A stretch of DNA of 64,000 nucleotides from Candidatus Yanofskybacteria bacterium RIFCSPHIGHO2_02_FULL_43_17 (GCA_001794435.1 MGJU01000013.1:90256-154255), one strand, 5' to 3'. Numbered from the stretch's first letter, positions 10,069-20,625 are shown. Program-made: numbers and translations. The notes: generated by a model not told the origin, from the sequence alone.

Positions 10069-10479
10069 ATGATCAGAGAAACTCTCGCTGTACAAACAGC
10101 AAGATTTTTAGTTCGAAACGGTTTTGGTTTCGCGGCAGGTAATTCTTGCTACATTGATTTCGATCAAATAGGTAATTGGGATTCAATCGGTGTTCTCGCA
10201 TCTATGATACCGGAACCAAATGATTCTTATAATCCTCTTCTGGCCTTAATTGGGTGTTCTAAGAGAACATTAAAACGAAGATTCTTGGGGACAATAAATT
10301 TCGGCAATAATAAAAATTGGGTTTTTGAAGTCGTCGGATTAGTGCCGGATGACCATCCTAGAATCAACCGGCTAGCAAAGCAAATGGCTAAGACTTTTAA
10401 GGTTAAGGTTGAAATTCTTCAAGTGAGTAACCAGCCCCTGACGGAGCATGATCCTGGTGATTTTCATTTCACGCACTAG
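10069..10479 (+). CDS. Hypothetical protein (standalone cassette)
   Basis: ORF with a G/A-rich leader (AGAGGGGGGAGG) before ATG 10069, own promoter and terminator; no recognisable motif. Confidence 0.6.
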   Translation: MIRETLAVQTARFLVRNGFGFAAGNSCYIDFDQIGNWDSIGVLASMIPEPNDSYNPLLALIGCSKRTLKRRFLGTINFGNNKNWVFEVVGLVPDDHPRINRLAKQMAKTFKVKVEILQVSNQPLTEHDPGDFHFTH

Positions 10480-10517
10480 TGATTTTATCTCAATTAGTTG
10501 TATGGTGGTCAACATTT

Positions 10518-10553
10518 TTGCCTGATATGCCTATTGCAGTCAGGCAATTTTTT
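10518..10553 (+). terminator. Intrinsic terminator
   Basis: TTGCCTGA...TCAGGCAA followed by a T tract. Confidence 0.65.
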
Positions 10554-10580
10554 ATTTTATCCGATCACACAAACAAAATC

Positions 10581-11891
10581 CTATTTCTTTAGTTTTTTTA
10601 CTAAATAAAAAAACGAGATAAAGTGGCTTAGCGCAAACCACGTGGTAACCATAATTACTGAGCCAAACAAGCCATAGGTTTTGATAAGCCACAGCCCCAA
10701 AGGAATACCTGCGCCAAGAATAACTGAATTTATCAATATTGAAACCTTGACCTTATTTATCGCCCGCCACATCGGCCCAAGTCCGACCCCGATACCGAAC
10801 AAAGCACCATATAAAATAAGTCCGAAAACATATTTAATGCTTGGCAAATAACTTTCGCCGTAAAGGATTTTAAACGCGATCGGCGAGACAACCGCCGCGC
10901 CGACAGTCAACAAAACCGACAATCCTAAAGAATAAAGGGAGACCTTCTTGAAATTGTCATACAACTGCCCCCTGTCCTCAATCTTAATTTTAGGAAATTC
11001 AACATTAAGCAAAACCGAAATAGGCCCGAGCAAACTCAATACAAGATTTGTATAGCCAAAGGCAAGTTTAAAAAATGACACCTCTGAAGCCGTAACATAA
11101 ACACCCGTAAGAATGACGGGCAAGGCCATATAAACATTGCCCATATTCCTATCCAGCGCCACCCAAAAAGTAAAGCCGAAATATTTTTTAAGATCAGCCC
11201 CGGCCACAGAATTTAAAAGGTGCCACAACTTTGGAAAAATCGGTTCACTTTTTGAAATATTATTAAACAACATGGCGGATACAACGAAAAGAATCATTGC
11301 CCCGGCCAATTGACCGCTAACAGCACCCATTACCCCAAATCCAATAAGAATAAAGACCAGAGACAATACATATCTCAACGACTGATCGGATAAAATAAGC
11401 AGGCCCAGCGACTTAACCCTTCCTGTAACCTGAAAAGAAGAATACGCAAGAGTGAACATGAGCGATGAAAAGACGGACGCAATAACCACAATAGCGGCAT
11501 AAACACCTATAACAGAATCGCCGTATAATCTATCCGCCATATTCGGCAAGAACGCGGAGATCAAAATAACAACAAGCGCGGCAATAAAAGTTATCTTAAG
11601 CATAAAACTCAAAATATTTTTGACCTCAACATCATCTTTTCTGGCGTAAGCCCTTCCCAGTAAACTAGATACGGCTTCTTGAATACCCATGCCCAACACC
11701 AAACTGGTCATACCGGCCATGCCGATAGCAAGGGCATAAATACCAAAAAGTTCCGGCTGAAGCAGTCGGGCGATAACTATGCCGATAACAGCCTGAACAA
11801 TAACTCCACTAAAACTTCCCGCCTGAAGGGTGGCCACTTTTCTGGCAAACCCATTCTGATAAAAATAGTTGAATTTTTTTACAAAATTCAT
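10581..11891 (-). CDS. Oligosaccharide flippase (Wzx/MATE-like)
   Basis: ARLLQPELFGIY motif and ~12 TMs. Confidence 0.85.
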   Translation of the reverse strand: MNFVKKFNYFYQNGFARKVATLQAGSFSGVIVQAVIGIVIARLLQPELFGIYALAIGMAGMTSLVLGMGIQEAVSSLLGRAYARKDDVEVKNILSFMLKITFIAALVVILISAFLPNMADRLYGDSVIGVYAAIVVIASVFSSLMFTLAYSSFQVTGRVKSLGLLILSDQSLRYVLSLVFILIGFGVMGAVSGQLAGAMILFVVSAMLFNNISKSEPIFPKLWHLLNSVAGADLKKYFGFTFWVALDRNMGNVYMALPVILTGVYVTASEVSFFKLAFGYTNLVLSLLGPISVLLNVEFPKIKIEDRGQLYDNFKKVSLYSLGLSVLLTVGAAVVSPIAFKILYGESYLPSIKYVFGLILYGALFGIGVGLGPMWRAINKVKVSILINSVILGAGIPLGLWLIKTYGLFGSVIMVTTWFALSHFISFFYLVKKLKK

Positions 11892-11958
11892 CGTACTTTA
11901 ATTAAACCACACCGTATTGCCAAAAGCTAGAAAATTGATTATCTTATTGAGGTTGCCT

Positions 11959-12957
11959 ATGAAAAAGAGAGTGGCTTTAATTTTTGGTGTTACGGGCCAG
12001 GATGGGTCATATCTTACGGAATTACTTTTAAAAAAGGGGTATTTTGTTCATGGAATGATAAGGAGAGCATCCACCTTCAACACAGCCAGAGTTAATCATT
12101 TGTTTCAAGAAATTCATAAAAAAGGAAGGAAGTTCTTTATGTATTATGGCGACTTGGCTGATGCCGGCACTATCAGAAAAATAATTTACAAGGTCAAGCC
12201 ACACGAAATATACAACCTAGCCGCACAGAGCCATGTCAAGGTTTCGTTTGAGATTCCCGAATACACAATGGATATTACCGGCAACGGCGCCTTGAGAATT
12301 CTTGAAGCGATTAGGGATTTTCAATTAGAAACGGGAAGAAAAGTTAAATTTTATCAAGCATCATCGTCTGAAATGTTCGGCGTGTCCAAGCCGCCCCAAA
12401 ATGAGAATACGCCGTTTATCCCTCAAAGCCCATACGGCGCCGCAAAAGTATTTGCCTGCAACATGACAAAACTTTACAGAGACGCATACGGTTTGTTTGC
12501 GGTAAATGGAATACTTTTTAACCACGAAAGTCCTCGCCGGGGAGAAACATTCGTAACAAGAAAAATAACCAGAGGCATCGCCAGAATAAAAGCCGGTTTG
12601 GACAAAAAATTATACTTAGGCAACCTGGACGCCAAAAGAGATTGGGGTTACGCTCCGGAATTTTGCGAGGCAATGTGGCTGATGCTGCAACAGCCAAAAC
12701 CGGATGATTATGTCATTGGCACCGGCGAAACTCACACCGTAAAAGAATTCGTAGAATTGTCCTTCAAAGAAGCGGGCCTCGGTAATTGGAAAAAATATGT
12801 GGAAATTGATCCTCAATATTACCGGCCGGCTGAAGTTAATATCCTTATCGCTGATACAAAAAAGGCAAGGAGAGTGTTAAAATGGAAACCCAAAACTAAA
12901 TTCAAAGACCTTGTAAAAATAATGGTTTGGGACGATATTAATAACCTTAAAAAATAA
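11959..12957 (+). CDS. gmd: GDP-mannose 4,6-dehydratase
   Basis: [50 protein letters not shown]; ATG at 11959. Confidence 0.97.
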   Translation: MKKRVALIFGVTGQDGSYLTELLLKKGYFVHGMIRRASTFNTARVNHLFQEIHKKGRKFFMYYGDLADAGTIRKIIYKVKPHEIYNLAAQSHVKVSFEIPEYTMDITGNGALRILEAIRDFQLETGRKVKFYQASSSEMFGVSKPPQNENTPFIPQSPYGAAKVFACNMTKLYRDAYGLFAVNGILFNHESPRRGETFVTRKITRGIARIKAGLDKKLYLGNLDAKRDWGYAPEFCEAMWLMLQQPKPDDYVIGTGETHTVKEFVELSFKEAGLGNWKKYVEIDPQYYRPAEVNILIADTKKARRVLKWKPKTKFKDLVKIMVWDDINNLKK

Positions 12958-12960
12958 AAA

Positions 12961-13416
12961 ATGGCGGCAACAAATAATTACATCCCTGAAAAGATATATA
13001 AATCTTTATTAAAATATTCCCCCCGTGTTTGTGTGGATTTAGTTATTGTTAATGGAAAAAGGTTTTTGCTGGGCAAGAGAATAATTCCTCCAGCCAAAAA
13101 TCTTTGGTTGTTCATAGGCGGAAGAGTGTTAAAAGGAGAAACCAAAGAACAAGCCGTCAAAAGAAAATTTAGAGAAGAGTTGGGGGTTAAATCGGACCGC
13201 TTAAGCTTTAAACTTATCGGGGTTGAAGATTTGTTTCTTATGCACGATAAGCGCTTTTACCACGATCTGATCATTGTTTTTCTGGTTAAAACTAAAGAGG
13301 AGGAGTTTAAACATTTTGACAAGCGGCAGCATTCGCAACTCGCTTGGTTTGATAAAATAAACACCAACTGGCATCCCCACGTCAAGAAGATGCTAAAAAC
13401 GGCTGGTTTTAAATAA
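12961..13416 (+). CDS. NUDIX hydrolase, GDP-mannose mannosyl hydrolase-like
   Basis: VDLVI...PAKNLWLFIGGRVLKGET...REELG, QHSQ; directly after gmd as for gmm/wcaH. Confidence 0.8.
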   Translation: MAATNNYIPEKIYKSLLKYSPRVCVDLVIVNGKRFLLGKRIIPPAKNLWLFIGGRVLKGETKEQAVKRKFREELGVKSDRLSFKLIGVEDLFLMHDKRFYHDLIIVFLVKTKEEEFKHFDKRQHSQLAWFDKINTNWHPHVKKMLKTAGFK

Positions 13417-14597
13417 TGGCAATCATAAAACTAATAAAATCAACTTTTTATAAAGAGAAGGAGACAAAAGCTCAATTAATGAGTTTTATTTCCTCGTCCA
13501 AACAATTGAGCTTCGGTCAAGAGTGTCTTAAATTTGAAGAAAATTTTGCCAGACATCAGGGTAGAAAATTCTCGGTTTTTTTTAATAGCGGCAGTTTCGC
13601 TAATTTGGCTTTAACGCAGGCGCTCCTAAATCTTGGGTGGCTAAAAAGAGGCGATCGGGCCGGTTTTTCTGCTCTGACTTGGTCAACAAATGTAATGCCT
13701 CTCATTCAGCTTGGGCTGGAACCGGTTCCAATCGATGTGGAACTGGATACGCTTAATGTGTCGAGTAAAAAACTGGGAAATATATTGGAAAATACCGGTT
13801 TAAAAACTTTTTTCATAACCAACCTCTTGGGACTTTGCGATGATATTGATAAAATAAAGAAAATATGTGAAAAGAAAAAAATAATTTTATTGGAAGACAA
13901 CTGTGAATCATTAGGAACTGTTTATAATGGCAAAAAATTAGGCAACTATGGCTTAGCAAGCACTTTTTCTTTTTTTGTAGGGCACCATATGTCAACTATC
14001 GAAGGTGGAGCCGTTTGTACCGATAATAAACAATTGGCCACCATGCTTAAAATGGTACGGGCTCACGGTTGGGACAGGAATTTAGATAAAACCGAACAGG
14101 AAAAATTTAGAAAAACACACAATATAAATAATTTTTATGCCCGTTACACCTTTTACGACCTAAGCTACAATCTTAGGCCAACAGAGATCAACGCATTCAT
14201 TGGAAACAGTCAACTAAAACACATCGATCAAGCAAATAATAAACGAAACGAAAATTTCCTTAAAATAGCCGACATAATTTATAAAAACAAAAAAAGATAT
14301 TATCCGATAAGATTCGATCACATAGATTTCTTGTCTAGCTTTGCGATACCAATCGTCTGCCGTTCAACAAAAATCAGGGATGACCTGTTGAAAAGGTGCG
14401 AGAACAAAATTGAAGTCCGCCCTATCGTAGCCGGCAATATTACAAAACAGCCGTTTTTCAAAAAATACCTGCCGAATCACGACAAAAGTTTTAAAAACCC
14501 AAACGCTGATCTTGTCCATAAACAGGGTTTTTATATAGGAAACAATCCCGAAATGACGGACAAAGAGATAAGCATAATAACAAAGATCCTTGCTTAA
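13416..14597 (+). CDS. ColD-like GDP-4-keto-6-deoxymannose 3-dehydratase (DegT/DnrJ fold)
   Basis: EDNCESLG and TFSFFVGHHMSTIEGG, with His where aminotransferases have the Schiff-base Lys; RAHGW. Confidence 0.8.
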   Translation: MAIIKLIKSTFYKEKETKAQLMSFISSSKQLSFGQECLKFEENFARHQGRKFSVFFNSGSFANLALTQALLNLGWLKRGDRAGFSALTWSTNVMPLIQLGLEPVPIDVELDTLNVSSKKLGNILENTGLKTFFITNLLGLCDDIDKIKKICEKKKIILLEDNCESLGTVYNGKKLGNYGLASTFSFFVGHHMSTIEGGAVCTDNKQLATMLKMVRAHGWDRNLDKTEQEKFRKTHNINNFYARYTFYDLSYNLRPTEINAFIGNSQLKHIDQANNKRNENFLKIADIIYKNKKRYYPIRFDHIDFLSSFAIPIVCRSTKIRDDLLKRCENKIEVRPIVAGNITKQPFFKKYLPNHDKSFKNPNADLVHKQGFYIGNNPEMTDKEISIITKILA

Positions 14598-15574
14598 TGA
14601 ACAGAACACCTTCGGTAAAAAAACAATATCTGAATTTAAGGAATAAAAAAATACTCGTTACCGGCGGAGCGGGATTTTTGGGTTCTCATGTCGTAAGAAA
14701 ATTAATCAAAAAAGGAGTACCTGAAAAAAACATCACTATCCCACGTTCCAGAAATTGCGATCTTCGCAAATTTGAAAATTGCCAAAAAGCAGTCAAGGGC
14801 CAAGACGTGGTAATTCATTTGGCGGCTAACGCAGGAAGCATAAGCTATAATATAAATAATCCGGCCACGTTGTTTTATGACAATATAACTATGAACACGA
14901 ATATGATCGAAGTATCAAGACAAGCGGGTATTGAAAAATTTGTAGCCATAGGAAGCATATGCTCATATCCAAAATCGGCTCCCATGCCGATAAGTGAGGA
15001 ATATTTTTGGAACGGTTATCCTGAAGAAACAAACGCTCCATACGGCCTGGCTAAAAAAATGCTGACCGTACAGCTACAGGCATACAAAAAACAATATAAT
15101 TTTAACGGCGTCTGCGTGATTTTAGCCAATATGTACGGGCCCGGAGACGAATTTGATCCGCTAAAATCACACGTCATCCCCGCTCTCATAAAAAAATTTA
15201 CGGATGCCAAACGGGATAATCAGCCATTTGTAGAAATATGGGGAACGGGCAAACCGACAAGAGATTTTTTCTATATTGAAGACGCGGCTGACAGTGTTAT
15301 TCTCGCAACCGAAAGATACAACAGCCCCGATCCTATAAATTTAGGTCCGGGAAAAGAAATCCCGATCAAAAAAATCGTAACAACAATTGCCGGCCTAACC
15401 GGCTTTAAGGGTAAGCTGATTTGGGACAAAGACAAACCAGATGGCCAGCCAAGGCGAGTTTTTAACACCGCAAAGGCCAAGAAGGAGTTGGGATTTAAAG
15501 CTAAGACAAGCCTTGAAACCGGATTAAAGAAAACAGTGGAATGGTATCTAATAAGTTCAGAAAATAGAAAATAG
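14597..15574 (+). CDS. GDP-L-fucose synthase family reductase (Fcl/ColC-like)
   Basis: GGAGFLG, HLAA, CSYPK, YGLAKK, SHVIPALIKK, WGTGKPTR, KPDGQPRR. Confidence 0.9.
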   Translation: MNRTPSVKKQYLNLRNKKILVTGGAGFLGSHVVRKLIKKGVPEKNITIPRSRNCDLRKFENCQKAVKGQDVVIHLAANAGSISYNINNPATLFYDNITMNTNMIEVSRQAGIEKFVAIGSICSYPKSAPMPISEEYFWNGYPEETNAPYGLAKKMLTVQLQAYKKQYNFNGVCVILANMYGPGDEFDPLKSHVIPALIKKFTDAKRDNQPFVEIWGTGKPTRDFFYIEDAADSVILATERYNSPDPINLGPGKEIPIKKIVTTIAGLTGFKGKLIWDKDKPDGQPRRVFNTAKAKKELGFKAKTSLETGLKKTVEWYLISSENRK

Positions 15575-15650
15575 TAAGTAGAAAATAGAATAAATCTTGA
15601 TTCTAATTTTCCAGATTCTACTTTCTAGATTCTAGCTTCTAGATTCTAAA
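15558..15650. repeat. Heptamer-repeat inverted array (TAGAAAR)n ... (TAGATTC)n
   Basis: cagaaaa tagaaaa tagtaag tagaaaa tagaata ... cagattc tactttc tagattc tagcttc tagattc. Confidence 0.85.
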
Positions 15651-15652
15651 AA

Positions 15653-16714
15653 ATGAAGATTTGCTACTTAAACATAACCAAGCACATACCAGCCAGAGAT
15701 AGCTCATATCTAAAGGGGCTTAGGGAAAATGGCGTAGAAATAATAGATATTAGAGACCACACTCCAGGACTGAAAAAATTCAGCAACATATACAAACAAC
15801 ACAAGAGAGTCGCTAAAGATTACGATTTGTTGTGGGTTGGTTATTCGGCTCACATATTAGTGCCTTTTGCCCGCTTAATTACCAGAAAACCCGTGGTGTT
15901 TAATTCTCTGCTTTCTTTCTATGAAGGCAAGATAGTTTCTCGCAAACAAGGAGCTTGGTATTCCCCGATGGGTATTTACTGCTGGCTTGTAGATTTTTTG
16001 GCGTTCAATTCAGCCACCTTAAACCTTATTGAAAACCAGGCCACAATTGATTATATATCGAAAAAATTTTTAGTACCCAAAAGAAAAATGCTTCTGACGC
16101 ATACCGGAGTAAATGAAGACGATTTTTTTTATGACCCCTCTATACCCAAACTCCCCCAATTTACCGTTCTGTTCAGAGGAGCATTGCTGCCTGATTGCGG
16201 AATAGAATATTTTGTAGAAGCGGCAAAAATTCTGTCTAACGAAAATATAAAGTTTCGCTTGCTGGGAGACGGATTGCTGGCTCCAAAAGTAGAAAGCGCT
16301 TTAAAAACATTCGACAGCAAAAATTTTGAATGGATAAAAGAACGTCTTGATATTGCCGATCTTAGAAAGAAAATGCAGGAAACTCATCTTCAAATCGGAT
16401 GGCTGTCAGATGAACTCCGCTCCCTGCTTTCCGTTGAACATAAAACATTTGAAAGCTTAATAATGAAAATACCGTTTCTGCACGGAAGAACGCCCGGCAT
16501 TATGGAATTGCTTAAAGAAAATGAGACCGGATTTTATTGTAATTTGACGGATGCGCGAGATTTAGCCGATAAAATTTTAGAACTCAAAAACAACCCGGTG
16601 CTTCTAGGCCAGGTGGCTGAAAACGGATATGAATTATTCAACCGAAAATTAAGATCAAACATTTTAGCAAAAGTTGTCCTAGATCACCTCAAAAATAATA
16701 AAATTATTGCCTAA
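15653..16714 (+). CDS. Glycosyltransferase family 4 (GT-B)
   Basis: VLFRGALLPDCGIEY, HKTFE, ENETGF...DLADKIL. Confidence 0.85.
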   Translation: MKICYLNITKHIPARDSSYLKGLRENGVEIIDIRDHTPGLKKFSNIYKQHKRVAKDYDLLWVGYSAHILVPFARLITRKPVVFNSLLSFYEGKIVSRKQGAWYSPMGIYCWLVDFLAFNSATLNLIENQATIDYISKKFLVPKRKMLLTHTGVNEDDFFYDPSIPKLPQFTVLFRGALLPDCGIEYFVEAAKILSNENIKFRLLGDGLLAPKVESALKTFDSKNFEWIKERLDIADLRKKMQETHLQIGWLSDELRSLLSVEHKTFESLIMKIPFLHGRTPGIMELLKENETGFYCNLTDARDLADKILELKNNPVLLGQVAENGYELFNRKLRSNILAKVVLDHLKNNKIIA

Positions 16715-16726
16715 ATAGTAAACATA

Positions 16727-16744
16727 AAACCCCGATTGGGGTTA
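16727..16744 (-). terminator. Intrinsic terminator between convergent genes
   Basis: AACCCC-GATT-GGGGTT with an A tract on the left. Confidence 0.65.
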
Positions 16745-16751
16745 GGAGATT

Positions 16752-17360
16752 CTAAGACAAGCCATCTTCTATTAAACCGCACAGAATATGTATTGCTTGC
16801 TGATGAACTTCCTGAATCAAAGCAGTATTTCTGCTTGGCGCGATAATTGCAACATCAACCACGCCAAGAAGGTATTTTGTCTTGGAACTAAAAAATCCTA
16901 TGTTTTTTGCGCCCCTTGTCATGGCTGTCTCAAAAGCGTTCCTTATGTTCCACGAGTGATCATCATCCGAGACATCGCTTACATCGCTTGTGGTAAATCC
17001 TATGGCAACATCTCCTCGCACAGCCAAAGCTTCAATTTGTCTTGCAAAAACAGAAGGAAATCCGAAATCATTGCTTTGAGCGGTCAAAATAGAGGAGTCG
17101 GTAGTTAAAGCAATGGCCGGTATTGCCTTTCTTCGTTTTTCAAACTGGCAAACCAATTCTGCCGCAAAATGCTGAGCTTGAGCGGCTGACCCCCCGTTGC
17201 CAAACATAAGAAACTTATTGCCCGACTTAATTGTTTCGTCCATAAGCAGATAAGCTCTTTTGATATTTTCATGAAAACCACGGTCATTTCTTAGCGTATT
17301 ATAAAGGCGAGATCTGTCGTCCAAATCATTTCTTATCTTATCTAGTGTTTGGTCTGGCAC
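16752..17360 (-). CDS. gmhA: Phosphoheptose (sedoheptulose-7-phosphate) isomerase, SIS domain
   Basis: GNGGSAAQAQHFAAE, AIALTTDSSILTA, FARQIEA, IQEVH. Confidence 0.85.
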   Translation of the reverse strand: MPDQTLDKIRNDLDDRSRLYNTLRNDRGFHENIKRAYLLMDETIKSGNKFLMFGNGGSAAQAQHFAAELVCQFEKRRKAIPAIALTTDSSILTAQSNDFGFPSVFARQIEALAVRGDVAIGFTTSDVSDVSDDDHSWNIRNAFETAMTRGAKNIGFFSSKTKYLLGVVDVAIIAPSRNTALIQEVHQQAIHILCGLIEDGLS

Positions 17361-17394
17361 AACCTATCCTTTGTATGTTAAGTGGCTGGAGATG

Positions 17395-17423
17395 AATTTA
17401 ACAAAAAGTTAAAAAGGGGTCAA
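17395..17423 (-). promoter_or_regulatory. sigma70 promoter for gmhA
   Basis: TTGACC-17 nt-TAAATT with extended TG; AAGGA before the GTG start. Confidence 0.65.
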
Positions 17424-18646
17424 ATAGTGTCAGCCTTCATAACAATCACCTTATCAAAAATCTCATTTACGGGTTTTTGATATCTGTTGATAAAAGAATC
17501 CTTGTCTTTACCGTAAGACATAAATAACGACCTGTTTAATCCTAACAAGGGTTCGAGTATTTTGTTAAAAAACCAGCTTGCCTTGCTAAATCTGAAGTCG
17601 CTATTTTCCGTATAAACTGAGTTTCCGGAATTATAAAACAAATTAAAGTCCTTATCGGAAATAAGGCCGATTCTTTGGCTGTTTTTGTTGTAAGAATTTA
17701 GACAATTTTCCACAAAACTATTCTGCGTTATTGAAATAAACAAATCATTCTTGGAAATATCAAATTTCTTGACTTTTATCGCAGTTAATACGGCTTGCCA
17801 CAACTTAAGAGGCCTAAGAGAACAGTAGATTCTCGGCCACATAATTATTTCGTCAAAATTATTTTTAAAATCATCAGAACCCAACGTTTTCCAATAACTA
17901 TGGCTTGAAATTATAAGCCTGACTTTCTTGGATGGCACAATTGATCTTATCAGATTAGACAACGCGATAAGCAATACTGCGTATTCAACGGTAAAAACAA
18001 CCAGCCACACATTATCGCTTGTGTTGCTAGCCAATATGCTTTTAAAAAACGTCTCCGTTACACCATCTTTTTCTAGTAAACGGCTATTGTTAACCGGTTT
18101 CTCCGCAAGATCGGTGATAAAAAACGACAGCGGCATAGAATAATAAAATTCATCTAGCGGTCTTATTTTCTCGCCATCAAAAATATTACTAAAACACTTA
18201 TAAAAAACGTGGGCATCCATGCCCATCGCGTAAGCGTTATATGACGCGGCAGAACCGACAGAAAATACTGACCTTATCCGGTCATAGTTTTTAAACAAAT
18301 ACAATTCCGCGCTCATTCCGTCTTCCAATATTTCAAAACCATCCAGATTTAATGAGACCCGTTCAATTTTGTCGGCCGGATGAGGTTTATAATAAAGCTC
18401 AAAATCCTTAAACTCCATCCTGATATAATCCAGACACTGGTTGCACTTTTTTACATATGCATCGGCATCAGTTCCAGCCTTGGTAAAGGTTGCCATGTCA
18501 TTGCCCAAAAAAAGAACTGCTTTTTGGGATAGATTTTCTCTTTGCGGCTGATTTTGCTCGCCAAAAGCCCACCAATATGGAAATGGCGATTCTAAAGTAT
18601 TATTTTTCTCCGTATTGAGTCCTTTAAGTTTTCGCGGATCCATCAA
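17420..18646 (-). CDS. Putative nonulosonate (sialyl)transferase-like GT-B protein, apparently circularly permuted
   Basis: VLFLG...YKPHPAD...AELYL...SVFSVGSAAS in the N-terminal half; paralog of 39786-40952. Confidence 0.55.
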   Translation of the reverse strand: MMDPRKLKGLNTEKNNTLESPFPYWWAFGEQNQPQRENLSQKAVLFLGNDMATFTKAGTDADAYVKKCNQCLDYIRMEFKDFELYYKPHPADKIERVSLNLDGFEILEDGMSAELYLFKNYDRIRSVFSVGSAASYNAYAMGMDAHVFYKCFSNIFDGEKIRPLDEFYYSMPLSFFITDLAEKPVNNSRLLEKDGVTETFFKSILASNTSDNVWLVVFTVEYAVLLIALSNLIRSIVPSKKVRLIISSHSYWKTLGSDDFKNNFDEIIMWPRIYCSLRPLKLWQAVLTAIKVKKFDISKNDLFISITQNSFVENCLNSYNKNSQRIGLISDKDFNLFYNSGNSVYTENSDFRFSKASWFFNKILEPLLGLNRSLFMSYGKDKDSFINRYQKPVNEIFDKVIVMKADTI

Positions 18647-19577
18647 TAATTTGGTTATAGAATTTTAAGGCCTCAGCTTGTTTTTGAATGGTAATTAAGT
18701 TATTTCTATTTGAAAAAAAGGATCGCGTTTGCTCATAAACTCCCGGCTTGAATTCTTTATCAAGCTTATCGTCTATCAAAACCTCTTCAACCGCAAAACT
18801 GCCTATTTTTTGTATCTGCAGTTTTTCAAGCGGGCGAAAAATCAGGCGGGACTTGGAAGTAAACACTTCCAGACCCCAACGCCCGGGTGAAGCCCAGTTG
18901 GCAGAATAAGAAAATGGCGCGCCGGATTCAGATATTCCAGCTCCGACAAAAATAGAGCCATTGGGATGCCACCTTAGGCCTCCTGATTTATAAGACCGCA
19001 TATCTGACGGCTTGCCGCCTAAAAAAAACGCCAAGTCAACAACGTGGGATGAATTAGCCAAAAACCAATTTTCCTTGACGGCGGTTGGGAGTTTCAATTT
19101 GCTGATCTGATAGCTTAATTCAGTAAAATCAAAAGTAAACGATTTGACTCCGCCATCTTTCTTAATTATATCCATCGCCTTTTTGGTTGAGGCGTAGAAC
19201 CTTCTATTATAAGCGACATAAACGTGCGACTTTTTTCTTTTTGCGGTGTTTGAAAGTGTTTTTATTTCTTCGGCGGTCATTCCTCCTGGTTTTTCAACTA
19301 AAATCAATTCCACTCCACGGCTTAGCAATTCCATTGTCGTTTTTGACAATTGATCAACGTTAACGGCCACTATTGCGATTTTGGGAATTGTTTTTTGTTT
19401 TTTAACCCAATTATTCAAACCGCCGGAAACAACATTAATTCCGGTTGTTTCTTTAAATTTTTTGGCTGATTTTATGCCACGGCCAATTACAATAAAGGGT
19501 TTTTTCATTACCTTTAAAACTTTGGCGTATTCTGCGGCCATATAACCGGCGCCGACAAGGAGAATATTCTCAGACAA
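18624..19577 (-). CDS. Gfo/Idh/MocA oxidoreductase
   Basis: GAGYMA, EKPG, AYNRRFY, NSSHVVDL. Confidence 0.85.
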   Translation of the reverse strand: MSENILLVGAGYMAAEYAKVLKVMKKPFIVIGRGIKSAKKFKETTGINVVSGGLNNWVKKQKTIPKIAIVAVNVDQLSKTTMELLSRGVELILVEKPGGMTAEEIKTLSNTAKRKKSHVYVAYNRRFYASTKKAMDIIKKDGGVKSFTFDFTELSYQISKLKLPTAVKENWFLANSSHVVDLAFFLGGKPSDMRSYKSGGLRWHPNGSIFVGAGISESGAPFSYSANWASPGRWGLEVFTSKSRLIFRPLEKLQIQKIGSFAVEEVLIDDKLDKEFKPGVYEQTRSFFSNRNNLITIQKQAEALKFYNQIIDGSAKT

Positions 19578-19580
19578 TTT

Positions 19581-19647
<67 letters not shown>

Positions 19648-19650
<3 letters not shown>

Positions 19651-20625
19651 TGTAAACGGGTAATAATCGTATTTTTTTGAAGAATTTTTATTTAAAAAAT
19701 TAAATACCGGTTCAAGCAGTTGTAAGTGTGTTTTTGCCGACTGTTCATATCCGACAAGGCCGCATTCGCCTCTAGATAAAATATCTTCCGCCAATCCGGT
19801 TGTAAGCTGGCTTTGAAATGGAATTTGCGCATCAATCTCCTTCCACTTCCAATCCTCACCAGCTCTTGAAATCCATGCTTTGGCTTCTGTTTCTCTTGCA
19901 ATACATCTGAGTTTTTCACAATGAAACTGGATCAGAATGGGTAAATTGGCATTAATGAAACATGCCAAATTTCCAACACTACCATTTTTAAACAAAATCT
20001 GTAAGGTTCCGGAAAGTTCTAAGAATCCTTTTCTTTTGCTTGGGATAGGCTTTGAGTCTATACCGTCAGTATTGACAGTAAAGTCATCTGAACCGGTCAT
20101 AAAAACCATATGATCAAGATAATGAATGGCGCTGGTAATAAGTCCAAAGCCGGCCCAAGTTGCATAATAAGCAATTTTTGTTTTTTTCAATTCTGGCTGA
20201 ATATTTTTATACAACGGCATCATTCTCATCGGACAATTTACCCATGTTTTGACTTTATTTTTTTTAAGGAGCAGTCCGATCGATTTATAATCTTTTTTCT
20301 TGTTAAAAAGAAGTTTTTCTAAAACTAAATGTCTAACTTTTGTCTTTGCCAATAATTTTCTTGTTATTTCGGCGCGGGTATCTGAACAGGTGGCAATTAT
20401 TCCCAAATCGACTGATTTTAAGTTGTCTGGTATTTCCGTAAAAAAACTAATTTTGTGTTCATGTTTCCCCCTAGGCATTGTTTGATATCGTTCTTTTGAA
20501 AGATTAAGAGAATTTTGCGCGGGATCAACAACAATAATCTCAAGCGATATTTTGACGGCTCTTAATGCCTGAAGGTGCCTGCTGCCGATATTGCCGGCTC
20601 CTATTATTATAACCTTTTTTGTCAT
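19648..20625 (-). CDS. Gfo/Idh/MocA oxidoreductase
   Basis: GAGNIGSRH, LEK, WVNCPMR, AIHYLD. Confidence 0.85.

Noticed and set aside
16752-17360. gmhA as evidence of LPS inner-core synthesis
   Set aside because: No hldE kinase, gmhB, hldD or heptosyltransferase is recognisable in the window, and heptoses also occur in non-LPS glycans.
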